From Torpedo marmorata (lineage: Eukaryota), in the NCBI GenBank assembly GCA_977017645.1, contig OZ360225.1, positions 30,008,001-30,072,000 of the forward strand: DNA of 64,000 bases, read 5' to 3'. Shown here one piece after another: positions 37,518 through 50,838 of the stretch. The notes under the pieces were generated by a model, which saw only the letters and a program-made list of their open reading frames with translations, searched no databases and had not been told where the DNA came from. A program made the position numbers and the translations under genes. Positions within the stretch are counted from its first letter, which is position 1, and every line of letters begins with the position of its first letter.

Positions 37518-40500
37518 TTACAATGTTAAACCCATAATCCTCATATATGGGCCCCAAATTTTCAAAAAGAAATGATATTTATTTCGTAAATTATAAGTAA
37601 TTTTTTCTAATGGTATACATGATCGTAACTCTGCATGCCATCGCTCTAAATTTAAATCAACATCCGATTTCCAAGTAATAGCTATACATTTTTTTGAAAC
37701 TGCTAATACTATACGTAAAAATTCTACTTGATACATATTTAATCTATGTCTAATACTAAATTTTTTTAATGTCTCCAAATAAAAATAACATAGGATCCAT
37801 TGCAATTTCAACATTAAAAATTCTTTCTAAAAAATTCTTAACTTTCAACCAAAAATCTTGAATTTTTGGACATGACCATGTACAATGTACAAAAGATCCT
37901 ATTTCAGTTTTACATCTAAAACACATATCTGATAACGCTGGATTAAATTTCTTCAATTTTTTAGGTGTCAAATACAATTGATGAAAAAAATTATATTGTA
38001 CTAATCTATATCTCACGTTAATGACTTTTGTCATACTTAATTTACATAAATCTTTCCAATGATTTTCATCTATATTAACATTCAAATCTAATTCCCATTT
38101 CAATCTAGACTTATGCACTCCTACTTTAGACATCTTTCTTTGAAACAACTTATACATTTGTGATATAAATTTATTAACATTGACTTTAGTAATTAATAAT
38201 TCCAATTCATTTTGTCTTGGTACTGTTAATTCATTCCCTAATCTCTCAATCAAAAAAGCTTTAACTTGAAAATAAACTAACATTGTATTATCTAATATAT
38301 TAAATTTTTCTTTTAACCTCTGGAAAGTAATAAATCTACCTGCTTCAAAACAATCTTTTAAAGTCTTAATTCCCTTTAAAAACCATAACTTAAGTAACTG
38401 ATTATCCATAGAAAATGGTAAAAGCGGATTCTGATATATTGGTGTATTTAAAGAAATTAATCCTTTTTGACCTATCTCTTTGTCTACTTGTGACCAAATT
38501 TCCAACAAATGTTTAATAATTGGTGTATTTTTCTTTTTAATTAATAATAATTTAGAATTCCATTTATAAATAATATCTTCTTTATGTATTTCTCCCATAT
38601 TATTCAATTCTATATTAATCCAAGCAGAAGATTTATTTAAATCAAAGAATTCATTAATAAATTTTAATTGAGCCACTTTATAATAATACTGAAAATTGGG
38701 GAGTTGTAACCCTCCCATCTCATAATTCCACGTTAATTTATCTATACTTACTCTTGCCAACTTTCCTTTCCATAAAAATTTCCTAATAATAAATTTTAAA
38801 TCTTTAAAAAATTTATTTGGAATACCATAAGGAATCGATTGAAAAAGATATTGAATTCTTGGAAAAACATTCATTTTAATACAATTTACTCTTCCCATCA
38901 AAGTTATAGGTAAATCTTTCCAAAGCTCTAAGTCCTTTTTTATTTTCATAAATAAAGGAATATAATTTAATTTATACAAATTCTCTAATTTTGTGTCAAT
39001 TTTAACTCCCAAATATTTAATACTTTCTGTGGTCCATTTCAAGTCCGTAACTTCTTTACATCTAGTATAATCCCCTTGAGATAAAGCCAAAATCTCACTT
39101 TTATCTGAATTAATTTTATATCCTGATATCTCACCATATTCTATCAATATAGTAGCCAATTGCTGAAGTGATGTAACAGATTTCGTCATATATATTAATA
39201 CATCATCTGCAAATAGACTAATCTTATGTTCTTCCCTACCCACTTTTATTCCCATTATATTTATATCTTCTCTAATCATTTCTGCTAAAGGTTCTATTAC
39301 CAAGACAAACAAAGCAGGTGACAAAGGACATCCCTGTCGTGTTGATCTTGATAACAAAAATTTTTGCGATATTTGTCCATTTGTAACTACTTTAGCCGTA
39401 GGTTCCTTATATATAGTTTTAATCCAATTTATAAAATTATCTCCAAATCCAAATTTTTCCATAACTTTAAATAAAAAATTCCACTCTACTCTATCAAATG
39501 CCTTCTCTGCATCTAATGTTACCACCAATGGTAAATCTTGTTTCTTCTTATATATATTAATAAAACTTATCAATCTAGCTATATTATCTTTCGAATATCT
39601 ATTTTTAATAAATCCAGCTTGATCCGAATGTATTAAATTTGGTAAGTACTTAGCTAATCTATTTGCTAAAATTTTTGCCATTATTTTATAATCCACATTT
39701 AGTAATGAAATAGGCCTATAAGACTCAGTTTTCAACACATCTCTATCTTTCTTTGGTATAACCGTAATTATAGCATTTAAAAATGTCTTCGGTAATAAAT
39801 GAGTTTCAGTAACTTGATTCAATACCTCCATATATAAAGGTATCAGTAAATCTTTAAATTCTTTATAAAATTCTACTGGAAACCCATCATCCCCCGGAGA
39901 TTTGCCACTTTTCAACGTCGATATTGCGTCAATAACTTCTCTCATCGTAAAAGGTAAATCCAAAGAATATTTACTTTGAACATTCAATTTAGGTAAAGTA
40001 ATTCTAGATAGAAATCTATTAATCTTCATATCATCATGGTCAATCTCAGATCTATATAAACTCTGATAATATTCTTTAAAAGATTCATTTATTTCTTGTG
40101 GCTTATAAGTTATTTCTCCAGCATTTCTCTTCCTTATAGCATTAATAGTTTTAGAAACTTGTTCTTTTTTTAATTGCCATGACAAAACTTTATGTGCCTT
40201 TTCCCCTAATTCATAATATCTTTGTTTTGTTCTCGTTATCAACTTTTCAGTCTTACGTGTTTGCAATAAATTATAATGTAATTTCTTCCTTACTAAACGA
40301 TTCCTCTTAAGAATAGACTTATTTCTCTGTAAATCCTTTTCCATAAACTCAATTTCCTTCTCTAGTTTTTCCTCTTCTTTCAAATAATCTTTTTTTATCT
40401 TTACTGAATAACTTATTATTAAACTTCTTAAATAAGCTTTCAAAGCTTCCCATACCATAAATTTATCATTAACCGAATTATTATTTATTCTTAAAAATTC

Positions 40501-41304
40501 CTGAATTTCTCGTCTCATATATTCACAAAAGTCCTTTCTTTTCAATAAGAAGGAATCAAATCTCCAATTATATACAGTTTTTTCCTTCTCTGGAATTATA
40601 CATGTCATTAATAAAGGTGAATGATCTGAAATTAATCTTGCTTTATAAGATATCTGTGTTATTCTATCCTGAATTTGCGAAGATAATAAAAACAAATCTA
40701 TCCTAGAAAAAGAATTATGTCTAAATGAATAAAATGAATAATCTTTCTCTCTAGGTTTCAACTTTCTCCAAATATCCACCAAATTTAAATCCTCCATCAA
40801 ATTAATTATCTTTTTGACTATTTTTGGTCTAGCAGATGTTTTCGAAGTTTTATCCATAATTGGATTTAAATCTCCACCAATTAAAATATTCTCTTTAGCA
40901 TCTGATAGATGTAAAAAGGCATCTTGAATAAATTGTTCATCATCAGGATTTGACACATATAAATTCATAAGAGTCCAAAATTCTGAATAAATTTGACAAT
41001 ATATCAAAACATATCTTCCTGCCTTATCAATCACTGTCGATTGTATCTTAAAAGGTAACTTTTTATTTACTAAAATAGCTACTCCTCTAGCCTTAGAATT
41101 AAATGACGACGCTATAACATGTCCTACCCAGTCTCTTTTCAATTTTTGATGTTCAATATCTGTCAAGTGAGTTTCTTGTAAAAAAGCTATGTCTACTTTC
41201 AACTTTTTAATATATGCCAAAGTTCGTTTTCTTTTAATTGGATTATTAAGCCCATTTATATTAATACTTACTAGGTTTATACTTTTAGAATCTCCCATAA
41301 TCAA
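37518..41304 (-). CDS. L1 ORF2 (APE endonuclease, reverse transcriptase, C-terminal Cys-rich region), frameshifted near the C-terminus
   Basis: 1182-aa ORF: NINGL...LQETHL...GGD.N...SDH (APE); YRPISLLN, DAEKAFD, RQGCPLSP, LFADD (RT); CFRC...HCTWSC. Continues in ORF 37518-37814. Confidence 0.9.
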
Positions 41305-41486
41305 ATAATAACTGTTCCCTGTTAATCAAATCCACCAGCGTTTCCCTCTTTTTCTGTCGTAAATACATTTCCTCCTCAACTAGAATAAAGAATAGAAGTA
41401 AAAGAAAAGAAAACCCCCCTGTAAAAAACACAGGTCTTCTACTCCCAGTGCTACCCCCCTCCGTTGTTCGAGAAGCAGCTCTCGCT

Positions 41487-41820
41487 GCTAAGTCCAATGG
41501 TGGTCAGGCAACGTAAAGAATTTAATCCTGCAAAGGCTGTATTGTGGGAAAAAGGATATAAATTTTCGTTTAAGTATCCAGCAATTCTGAGGATTCAAGA
41601 TAATGGTGAGAAGTTTTTGTTATTCAAAGATCCTGATTTGGCTCTTTCTCACGCAAATGGTCTTCAACGTCGGCCAAGAAGTTTTCTGGATTTTGTTGAA
41701 CAACAAGATCGGAATAATCAAGCAAGTCGTGGAGAAATAGTGCCTGGTCCGTCAAGAGAAAATATTCAAATTCAAGCTGAAGAAGAATTGGAGGATTCAG
41801 TTATGCGAGGAGTTGATTGA
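41487..41820 (+). pseudogene. L1 ORF1 C-terminal domain, inverted relative to ORF2
   Basis: 'LSPMVVRQRKEFNPAKAVL..KGYKFSFKYPAILRI' is typical of the vertebrate L1 ORF1p C-terminus and lies inside the L1 TSDs. Confidence 0.8.
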
Positions 41821-44125
41821 AGTATATGTTGGACAAATATATATCTGTTGGAGGGAGGTGGTTTGTGGATACTTCTTCCGAAACAATCGTCAAAATTCTT
41901 CTTAAATGTTAAAATTGAGCCCACATTCACCACCTCAGCTGGCAGCTCGTTCCACACTCCCACCATTCTCTGTGTGAAGAAGTTCCCTTTCGTGTTCCCC
42001 CTAAACTTTTCCCCTTTCACCCTGAACCCATATCCTCTGGTTTGTATCTCACCTACCCTCAGTGGGAAAAAAAACCTACCTATTTTTACTCTGTCTATCC
42101 CCCTCATAATTTTAAATACCTTTATCAAATTGCCCCTCATTCTTCGACGCTCCAGGGAATAAAGTCCTAACCTGTTTAACCTTTCCCCGTAACTCAGTTC
42201 CTGAAGTCTGGGCAACATCCAAGTAAATCTTCTCTGCACTCTTTCAATCTTATTGATATCTTTCCTGTAGTTAGGTGACCAAAACTGCACACAATATTCC
42301 AAATTTGGCCTCACCAATGTCTTATACAACTTTACCATAACATCCCAACTCCTATACTCAATACTTTGATTTATGAAGGCCAATATGCCAAAAGCTCTCT
42401 TTACAACCCTATCCACCTGTGACGCCACTTTCAGGGAATTATGTATCTGTATTCCCAGATCCTTTTGTTCTACCGCACTCCTCAATCAGAGCCCTACCTT
42501 GATTTGGATGACAAATAACAGTGGACCCAGCATTGATCCTTGTGGAACACCACTGGTTACAGGCCATCTGTCTGAATAACAACCCTCCACTACCAACCTC
42601 TGGCTCCAATAGGCCATCTCACCCTGGATTCCATGCAATCAGCCTACAATGTGGGACCTTGCTAAAGTCCATGCAAATTATGTCCATTGCCCTACCCAAT
42701 CTTCTTGGTCACCTCCTCAAAAAACTTTATCAAATTCATGAGATGCGATCTCCCATGCATGTAGCCATACTGACTATCCCTCATCAGTCTTTGCCTTTCC
42801 AAATGCATGTAGGTCCTGTCCCTCAGAATCCCCAACAGTAACTTATCTACTGGACTGGTTACCTGGCTTGTTCTTACAACCTTTTTACAATACAGAACAT
42901 TAGCTACCCTCCAGTCTTCCTATACCTTGTGCTGATGCAAACATCTCTATAATGCACTTGCAATTTCTTCCCTAACTCTCCATAATGTCGTGGAATACAC
43001 GATCAGGCCCCATGGATTTATCTATCTTGTGTGTTTAAGAGACCTCCAGCACCTCCTCTTCTATAATGTGGACTCACTTCAAGACATCACTCTTCACTTG
43101 CCCAATTGTCCAAACATCCATATGTCTTCACAGTAAATACAGATTAGAAATACTCATTTAAAACCTCGCCTATCTCCTGTGGCTCCACATGTAGACCATC
43201 TTGTTGATCTTTAACGGTCCCTTTTAATATATTTGAAATGGATATGTGAAATGAGATTAAAGTGTGGAATAAACTCCCAGCAAGTGCTAATGCACGCTGA
43301 TTCATTCTTCTTTGGAAGAATAAGAAATACTGTTTTTAAAAATAGGTACGAGTGTTTAAATACTCAAGAGTGCAATTGAATTTGCTTGTTCAAACAGTGG
43401 AGATGACATTGTAGGGTATTCTGCAGTGCTTTTGTGACACCTGCTGATGGTCTTGCTTTGATATTCTGCAGAGTGAATTGAAAACAAGCAACTCTCAGTG
43501 GAGCTGGCATTAAATAAAAAGGGACTGTTTTTCATTAGGCAGAACATTTTAAGTTAGGCTGCCCAGTGGCACAGCTGGTAAGCTGTTGCTCCACAGCTCC
43601 AGCAAACCAGGTTTGTTCCTGACCTCGTGCAAACTTCACAATGTTCTCCCAGTAAATGCAGTTGATGTAGTGTACCTGGACTTTCAGAAAGCCTTTGATA
43701 AGGTCCCACAGTGGAGATTAGTGGGCAAAATGAGAGCACATGGTATTGGGGGTAGGGTACTGACATGGATAGAACATTGGTTGGCAGACAGGAAACAGAG
43801 TAGGGTTAAACAGGTCCCTTTCAGAATGGCAGGCAGTGTCTAGTGGGGTACCGTAAGGCTCGGTGCTGGGACCGCAGCTGTTTACAATATACACTAATGA
43901 TTTAGATTAGTGATTCCCAAAGTGGGCGGTGCCGCCCCCCTTGGGGCAGTGGAAAGATCCAAGGGGGCGGTGAGGAAAAAGGGGGCTGTCAGGGGTGGTG
44001 AGGAAAAAGGGGGCAGTCCGAACGTTTGTTTGTATTTTGGTTACGTGGTCTGGGATATTGGGCCTCAAAATTCCTGGCCGGGAAATGACAGGTGAATGAA
44101 TCCGCCGGGAGATCTGGCCACAATC

Positions 44126-45468
44126 CTACTGCAGTGGAGTGGACCATCGCCATACATTGGTCCACCCCTTCTGACACTGCAGCTCCACCACTGCTTCCTG
44201 CAGGGCATCGATGGATGCGTGCAGGGCCTCGGTGTGGCCTGGAGGAGGCGCCAACGGGGGATGGCCCAACCCGTGCCCTTTGCGGACGAATCCCATTCCA
44301 TCGCTCAACTTCCCTGCACAATGCTCCTTCCAGATTGCATACAGGGCGAAGGCGAATATCGCATTGATCCGGTCCTTAGCTAGCCCTACACTCTTTTCTA
44401 CCTTCCGGGCCCGAACACGCACGGCCCTCTCCAAGTACTCCAGCCCTTCCAGCAGTCTCCCTCGATATCTTACCAACCGCTGGACAGATTAAAGACAGCA
44501 CAATCCCCTTCAGATAGGGAAGGATGGTGGTGCCCAGGTGTCCCGCCACTGCGGCGGTAATCCAGAGCCCTCAGGGGACTCACGGCCGTGGGCGCCCTCA
44601 TAGTCCAGTAACTAGAGCCCAGTCACTAAGGGACCTAATCACATCCTCTACCGAACGCCACTCTGGCTCTGCCCGCGACTGTAAATCCCATTGCAGCAAG
44701 GAGGGGCCCGTCACCCGGACAGCAGCTTCTTCCCGGACCAACAGGGATGAGTTACCCTCCATGGCCTCAGACGGCATCCGCAGGCCGTTCTTCATGGCTT
44801 CCTTACTGGATAACCCACCCAGATACCTGCTTCCGATGGGGTACGCTCACGCCGGTACCAACCGCGTCCCAGATCTGGAGTAGCCACATGGCCACAGCTC
44901 AAACTACTGTACATTGACCAGCCTGCATGCGAGCTGTGTGCCTTTATTCTCTCTGGCGCAGGTTTCCCCATCAGGGAGCAACGCTGCAGCAGCGTTTACA
45001 CCTCAAATTTTAACTGGGTGATCTCGTGTTCCTTTCGTCGCAAGGCTTTGTGTCGGTGCCAAAGAAAGACTGTCAGCAGCCAAAAGATCCCTCTATGGCT
45101 CCCCTTACATCCCGTGAACTCCGATTATTTGAGAAGGGACACAAGATGGTGGCCAATCTCCTCCCCTTATAAGTCCACACTATCTGACCATTCCATCGGC
45201 TTGCGATGCTCCTCCAGCACGCTAGCCAGACTGCCGAACCCAGCAGTATCTTTGATCGACCACGATACTCTGACCCCTGTACACGTGGGGCCCTTCATTT
45301 TAGCCTTTTGCCAGAACATCGCTCCCACCCAATTGCCCGGTTGTTTTTCCTTGAACCATTCTCGTAGCGGCAATCTGTGGTAGGAAAAGAAATTCGTAGG
45401 GTTAAAATAGTGACAATCCTCCCTACGTGTCAGTACGAAACGGTGAACTTTATATACACACGACACCA
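44126..45468 (-). pseudogene. Decayed retroviral gag-like fragment (class III/ERV-L-like) inside the hAT element
   Basis: Stop-interrupted frames resembling ERV-L Gag blocks (see findings); possible PBS TGGTGTCGTG at 45459-45468. Similarity judged by eye. Confidence 0.5.
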
Positions 45469-45572
45469 ATACGTAACAGGAGACACACATTCACCCACAT
45501 GCAAACCAGTAATGTTCTGATACAAGTTTGCAAAACAATACCAATGTTAATTCGTGGGTTCATACAATCAGT

Positions 45573-46329
45573 AGGTCTTTTCACACCGCCGACGTCTTGG
45601 GAAGCCTGGACCTCCGGGTTCTTTCAGACCGCTGCCTAACTTACCAGGTGAAGTAGCAACCAGTCATTTTAAGGGCGTGCCGCCTCCAACGATTACGATG
45701 CGAGTGACGCATTACGCACTCACAAGAAATGTTTCAAAAAACAACGGGCCCGCTCAGGGCGGCGGCGGCTCAATTCGGGATCAATGGCCATCTTCGTTAC
45801 CCATAATCCCCCACACAGCTGGAACCGCTCTGCCAATTTGCCAGCACCAGGGAAACGCAGAGCGGTTCCAGCTGCGTGGGGAATTATGGGTAACGAAGAC
45901 GGCCATTGACCCTGCATTGAACCGCCGCTGTCCTGAGCGGGCCCGTTGTTTTTTTATTTCGGGAAGTTACAAGTTTTTCAATTTTAAAATACTTTTAATA
46001 TTGCGGCTTAGTTCCCTTTGGCATCGTTAAAGTAACATTTATATTGTTGTATCTCTTATTTCTATTGTTATGGGTTTTATGTGACGCAAGCACGCAGGCG
46101 CTGACGTCAGTAATATTACCAGGTAAGCCATTTGCTTTTTCAGACCGCTAGAAGACGGTTGCCGGGCTAACTCGTCCGGGCTCTGAGAGTACCCCTGACT
46201 AGGTCTCAGAGCCTGGTCGAGTTTGACCTGCCATGCAAGGTTGGGCCTTTTCAGACTGCACGTTTTCCAGGTAAGTTCCTGGGAAATCGGATGGTTTGCC
46301 CACATACACTCGGCAGTGTGAAAAGGCCT
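45573..46329. mobile_element. PIF/Harbinger-type MITE nested in hAT copy A
   Basis: TIRs AGGTCTTTTCACAC / GTGTGAAAAGGCCT, 3-bp TSD AGT; the empty site (CAATCAGTACC) is present in copy B at ~60996-61006. Confidence 0.82.
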
Positions 46330-47553
46330 AGTACCTACCACCCGTATCACGACAAGCAGGCATGGCACACCAATTAAAAAGGTGATGTGTATATATCTGC
46401 AAGTTACAAGAGCAAGACACAATAGTTGTTTTAAATTTGCAGTAGACCTAATACCAAGAAAGAAGTGTGTGTTCGGTTTATGTGTTTGTGTTTGGGGGGG
46501 GGGGGGGGAGGCGAAAGGGATGTGGCCTGGGAGCCAAGGGGGCGGCAGGCCGAAAAAGTTTGGGAACCACTGGACTAAAGGGTCCGTTTCCATACTGTAT
46601 GACTATGACTCTAATAGGTTGATGCATTTACTCCATTTGCCACTACCTGATTCACATTTACACAAAAGTTGGAGAAAAAGGGACCAGCTAATGCCCAAAA
46701 GAAAGGCACTTTAGGCAAATAATTAAACAGAAAGAAGCTGGTCATATGTATCATTGTATATATATATTTTTTAAATCCTGCTTCCTCCCAGATGATTGAC
46801 ACAAAAATCTTTGGTTTCTTGATTGTGTCCTTTTCGGGGGTCATTGGATATGGGCCAATCTTAACTCCCCTTCCAAAATAAAAACCTCAGAAATTAAGTT
46901 TTTTATGTATATCATTTGTGAAACAGGAAATTTACATCAGGATGTGTGCAAAGAAATGTGAACTTCCGCATTAAGTGTTGCAGTATTTGTCAGGAGGCCT
47001 TGGAACTTAATCGGGAGGTCAACAAGGGCCATTGAAATAGCACATGTTGCGGCTGTAAGCTTGCATAAAATAACCAGCAAGCAGTTGGTCAGACGATCTG
47101 GGCCAAAACTTGAAACCTGAGATGAAGGATTGAGAAAAGAATGCACAATACCAGGGGAAGCAAGCACATTTCCAGTCTTTTTTCAAACATCTCTTTAACA
47201 ACTGAGAAGTTAATCTAATGCAAGCAACCAGGAGATAAAAACTAGCTGACCAATTATAATAATTTTTCCACATGGTTGAGATATTTAAATTACTCATTTA
47301 GCTTCAAGTTTGAAAAGGAGACAAATCTAAGAATTTATATCACCACAAACACTTGTGTTTATCAAGATGGCCCAGGAAAGGGAGAGAGGAAATACGAGCT
47401 TTCCATCCCTCAAGTCAATTTAACATTTTCGTTTGTTACAAAACAGCAGAGCTTTTGAAAATCTTGGCAGATGCATCTTAATTCTTTCCTTCACCTCAGC
47501 TCTGATGACACATGCTACAGAGGGAAACATTTACAAATATAGCAACTGAAAAG

Positions 47554-47810
47554 TGGGCGGCACGGTTAGCATAGCGGTTAGCGCAACGCTGTTACAGCGC
47601 CAGTGATCAGGACCGGGATCTGAATCCCGTGCTATCTGTAAGGAGTTTGTACGTTCTCCCTGTGTCTCTGTGGGTTTCCTCCAGGGGCTCTGGTTTCCTC
47701 CTACTATTTGAAATGTACTGGGTTAATTGAGTGTAATTGGGCAGCACAGGCTCGTGGGCTGAAATAGCCTGTTACCGTGCTGTATGTCTAAATTTAAAAA
47801 AAATTAAATT
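47554..47810 (+). mobile_element. V-SINE (HE1-like)
   Basis: Same family as 14892-15150. Confidence 0.85.
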
Positions 47811-48239
47811 TAAAAGTTATAAAATATAAAAGTGCAGACCAATTAATTTTATATTATAGGGGATTTGGGAATATAATAAATTCCATAAGTAAAATCACTA
47901 GATTTGTTTGATTTGCATTTACCAAAAGATGCCCAGATTTGGTTACTCTAAGAAACCCAATCTCTCACCAATATTTGATTTCATTTTCATCTCAAAGATA
48001 ACTTTTAGGTTTTAAGAGAAGCATGTTTATTTCACAATGTAAAAGTCACTGAACACTTTTGTACTCCACATTATCTTACAGATTAAAACACATACTTCAC
48101 AGGAATTTAAAACAAATGTATTATTGACTAAAAGGGTCAACAAAGTGAAATGCAGTTACTAAAAAATTGCAATTCTCGGATACAATTCAAATTCTGAAAA
48201 TATTATAAATTATCAGTCATTTTTAGTGGAAAGAAGCTT

Positions 48240-50098
48240 GCGATGCTGCCTTCAGGACAGGGGATAGGATGGCACTAAGATCAGCCAGGGCTGAACTCTC
48301 CCATGCAATCCGGAAGGCAAAGCGGGGGTACGCACAGAAGATCCACAGACAGCCGTGTGACACCGGCGACACGAGGCGCATGTGGCAAGGGATCAAGACT
48401 ATAACAGACCACAAGTCAACCTTGAGAGTTAAGGACAATGACACCTCCCTTCTGGACAGACTGAACATCTTCTATGCACGGTTTGATGACAAGAACAGGA
48501 TGACGCCAAAGAAAGCTCCGTGTCCCCCTGATGAACGGGCCCCCTACATAGCCACATCCGAGGTGAGGAGAACCCTATCCAAGGTGAACCCACACAAGGC
48601 GGCAGGACCAGACAACGAACCTGGTCGGGTACTGAAGGTCAGCGCACACCAATTGACGGAGGTCTTCACAGACATTTTCAACACTTCACCGCAGCAGTCC
48701 ATCGTTTCCCGCAGGGTTCAAGACAGCCACCGTCATCCCAGTACCCAAGAGGGCGACAATAACAGGCCTCAATGACGACAGCCCTGTGGCACTGACCTCC
48801 ACCATTATGAAATGATTCGAGTGTCTGGTGATGGAATGCATCAAAGCACACCTCACAGAAACACTGGACCCATTTCAATTCGCCTACAGAAGAAACCGTT
48901 CCACAGACAATGCTATAGCCTTGTCCCTTCACTCCCTCCTGACCCACCAGTAGAATGCCGCCTCATACACCAGGCTGCTGTTTATTGACTTCAGCTCAGC
49001 ATTTAATACAATCATTCCCCAGAGGCTGGTGAAGAAGCTGTCCTCGCTGGGACTCAACACTCCTCTCTGTAACTAGATTCTGGACTTCCTAACGGAAAGG
49101 CCACAGATTGTTCGGGTTGGTAGCAGAACGTCAAGCACCGTCACGCTGAGCACTGGCGCACCTCAGGGCTGTGTGCTCAGCCCGCTCCTGTTCATACAAC
49201 TGACCCACAACTGCATCGCCAGATCCAGCTCCAACAGTGTCATCAAATTTGCAGTTGACACAACAGTAGTTGGCCTCATCAGCAACAACGATGAGTCGCT
49301 CTACAGAGAAGAGGTGGAAAATCTCGTGAAATGGTGCGAGAGTAACAACCTGAGTCTCGACGTGAACAAGACAAAGGAGATGATCGTGGACTTCAGGAGA
49401 ACCAGGAACGACCACCCTCCACTACACATCAACAACTGTATTAGAGAGAGTGGAGAGCACCAATTTCCTTGGAGTTCATTTAACTAGTGACTTATCGTGG
49501 ACACTCAACATCTCCTCACTTGTCAGGAAGGCGCAACAACGACTGCACTTCTTGATAAGACTGAAGCGGGCAAGGCTACTAGCCACCATTATGTCAACCT
49601 TTTATAGGAGCTCTATCGAGAGCGTCCTGGCCAGCTACGTCACAGTGTGGTACGGTTGCTGCAGAGAAATGGTCGGAGGTCAATCCACAGGACCATAAGA
49701 GTGGCAGAGAGGATCACTGGAGTCTCCCTCCCCCCCCATTGACGTGATCTACCATGATCGTTGTCTGAAGAGGGCGCACAAAATCATTGAGAACCCCTTC
49801 CACCCTGCACACAGCATCTTTCAGCTGCTACCATCGGGAAAGAGGAGTATCAGGGCCAGCACCACGAGGATGAGGAACAGCTTCTTCCTACAGGCAGTGA
49901 GAATGCTGAACGACCATCTGAGACTCTCATATTCATGAAAGCAATATTTATTCATGTATTTGTATGGATGAAATACTTGTCCTGCATATGAATTGTTTGT
50001 CTGTATGTGTGTTATGTCTGGTTGTGTGTCTGCACCGAGGACCAGAGATCATTGTTTTGTCGGGTTGTACTTGTACAATCAGATGACAATAAACTTGA
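48240..50098 (+). mobile_element. Rex1/Babar-type LINE, 5'-truncated and degenerate
   Basis: 'KAAGPD', '[11 protein letters not shown]', '[12 protein letters not shown]' and '[11 protein letters not shown]' motifs with an AATAAACTTGAA tail. Confidence 0.85.
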
Positions 50099-50838
50099 AA
50101 GAGGTAGTTTTCCACAAATGTGGGATTCCTCTGTCCCCATTCCTTCTCATTTTCTTCTCTTTCCCCTCCCTGCCCTATCTACCTGACCGTCACCCACACC
50201 TTCCTTCCTCCATCATCCCACACCCTTCCCTTCCTTCCTCCTATGAGCTATAACCCTCTGCCTCCTCCTCCAAACATCTCCAAGATTTTTATTTTTTTCC
50301 CCATTTCTTCTCCCTCCTCCTTCCTCCCCACCCTTTTTATTCAGGCATCAGCCCATTTCTTGCTATTCCTGATGAAGGGTTTCAGCCCAAAATTTCAACT
50401 ATATTTTGCCTTCCATGGATGGATTTCCAACATCTTCCATCTCTCTCTCGTTTTCCTTGGATTTTAATTCCTTATATTCCAAAGAACCAATATGCATGAA
50501 TTCCAGATCAACAAAATTGAATTTTGCTTCCAGAACCCATGCAGAAACTTGACAAAAATTCCAAAATATCAAAACGTGCTTCAAAGATGAAAGTTATCAT
50601 TCAATGAGTCACAGAATAGAAACAAGCCATTTGGTCCACTGAGTCTTAACTGACCATCAAGCACCCATTTACAGTATGCCTACACTGACCCATTTTACCC
50701 TCCCCAGATTCTACCCTTCACCTACACATTAGGGGGCATCTACAGTGCCCAATTAACATAATAACATGCACGCCTTTGAGATGTGGGAAGAAACCAGTGA
50801 ACTTGGAGAAAACCCATGCATTTACAGGGAGAACATTG

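Larger units (their letters stand above)
37239..41888 (-). mobile_element. L1 LINE with near-complete ORF2 and an inverted 5' segment
   Basis: 15-bp TSD GTCAAAATTCTTCTT at 37224-37238 and 41889-41903; TTCTT/AA endonuclease-type site; A-rich tail near 37240. Confidence 0.92.
37089..42485 (-). mobile_element. CR1 3' fragment that hosts the large L1 insertion
   Basis: ORF 41772-42485(-) 'LVRPNLEYCVQFWSP...LERRRMRG'; the CR1 tail continues at 37089-37238. Confidence 0.8.
43908..46572 (+). mobile_element. Non-autonomous hAT (Charlie-like) element, copy A
   Basis: TIRs TAGTGATTCCCAAAGT / AGTTTGGGAACCACTG; flanking 8-mers ATTTAGAT and GACTAAAG have central TA but do not match each other; no transposase. 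Confidence 0.8.

Noticed and set aside
46937-47167. Minus-strand ORF with a good polypyrimidine/CAG acceptor near 47120, in non-repetitive-looking sequence
   Set aside because: No recognisable protein in any frame and no convincing donor or partner exons.
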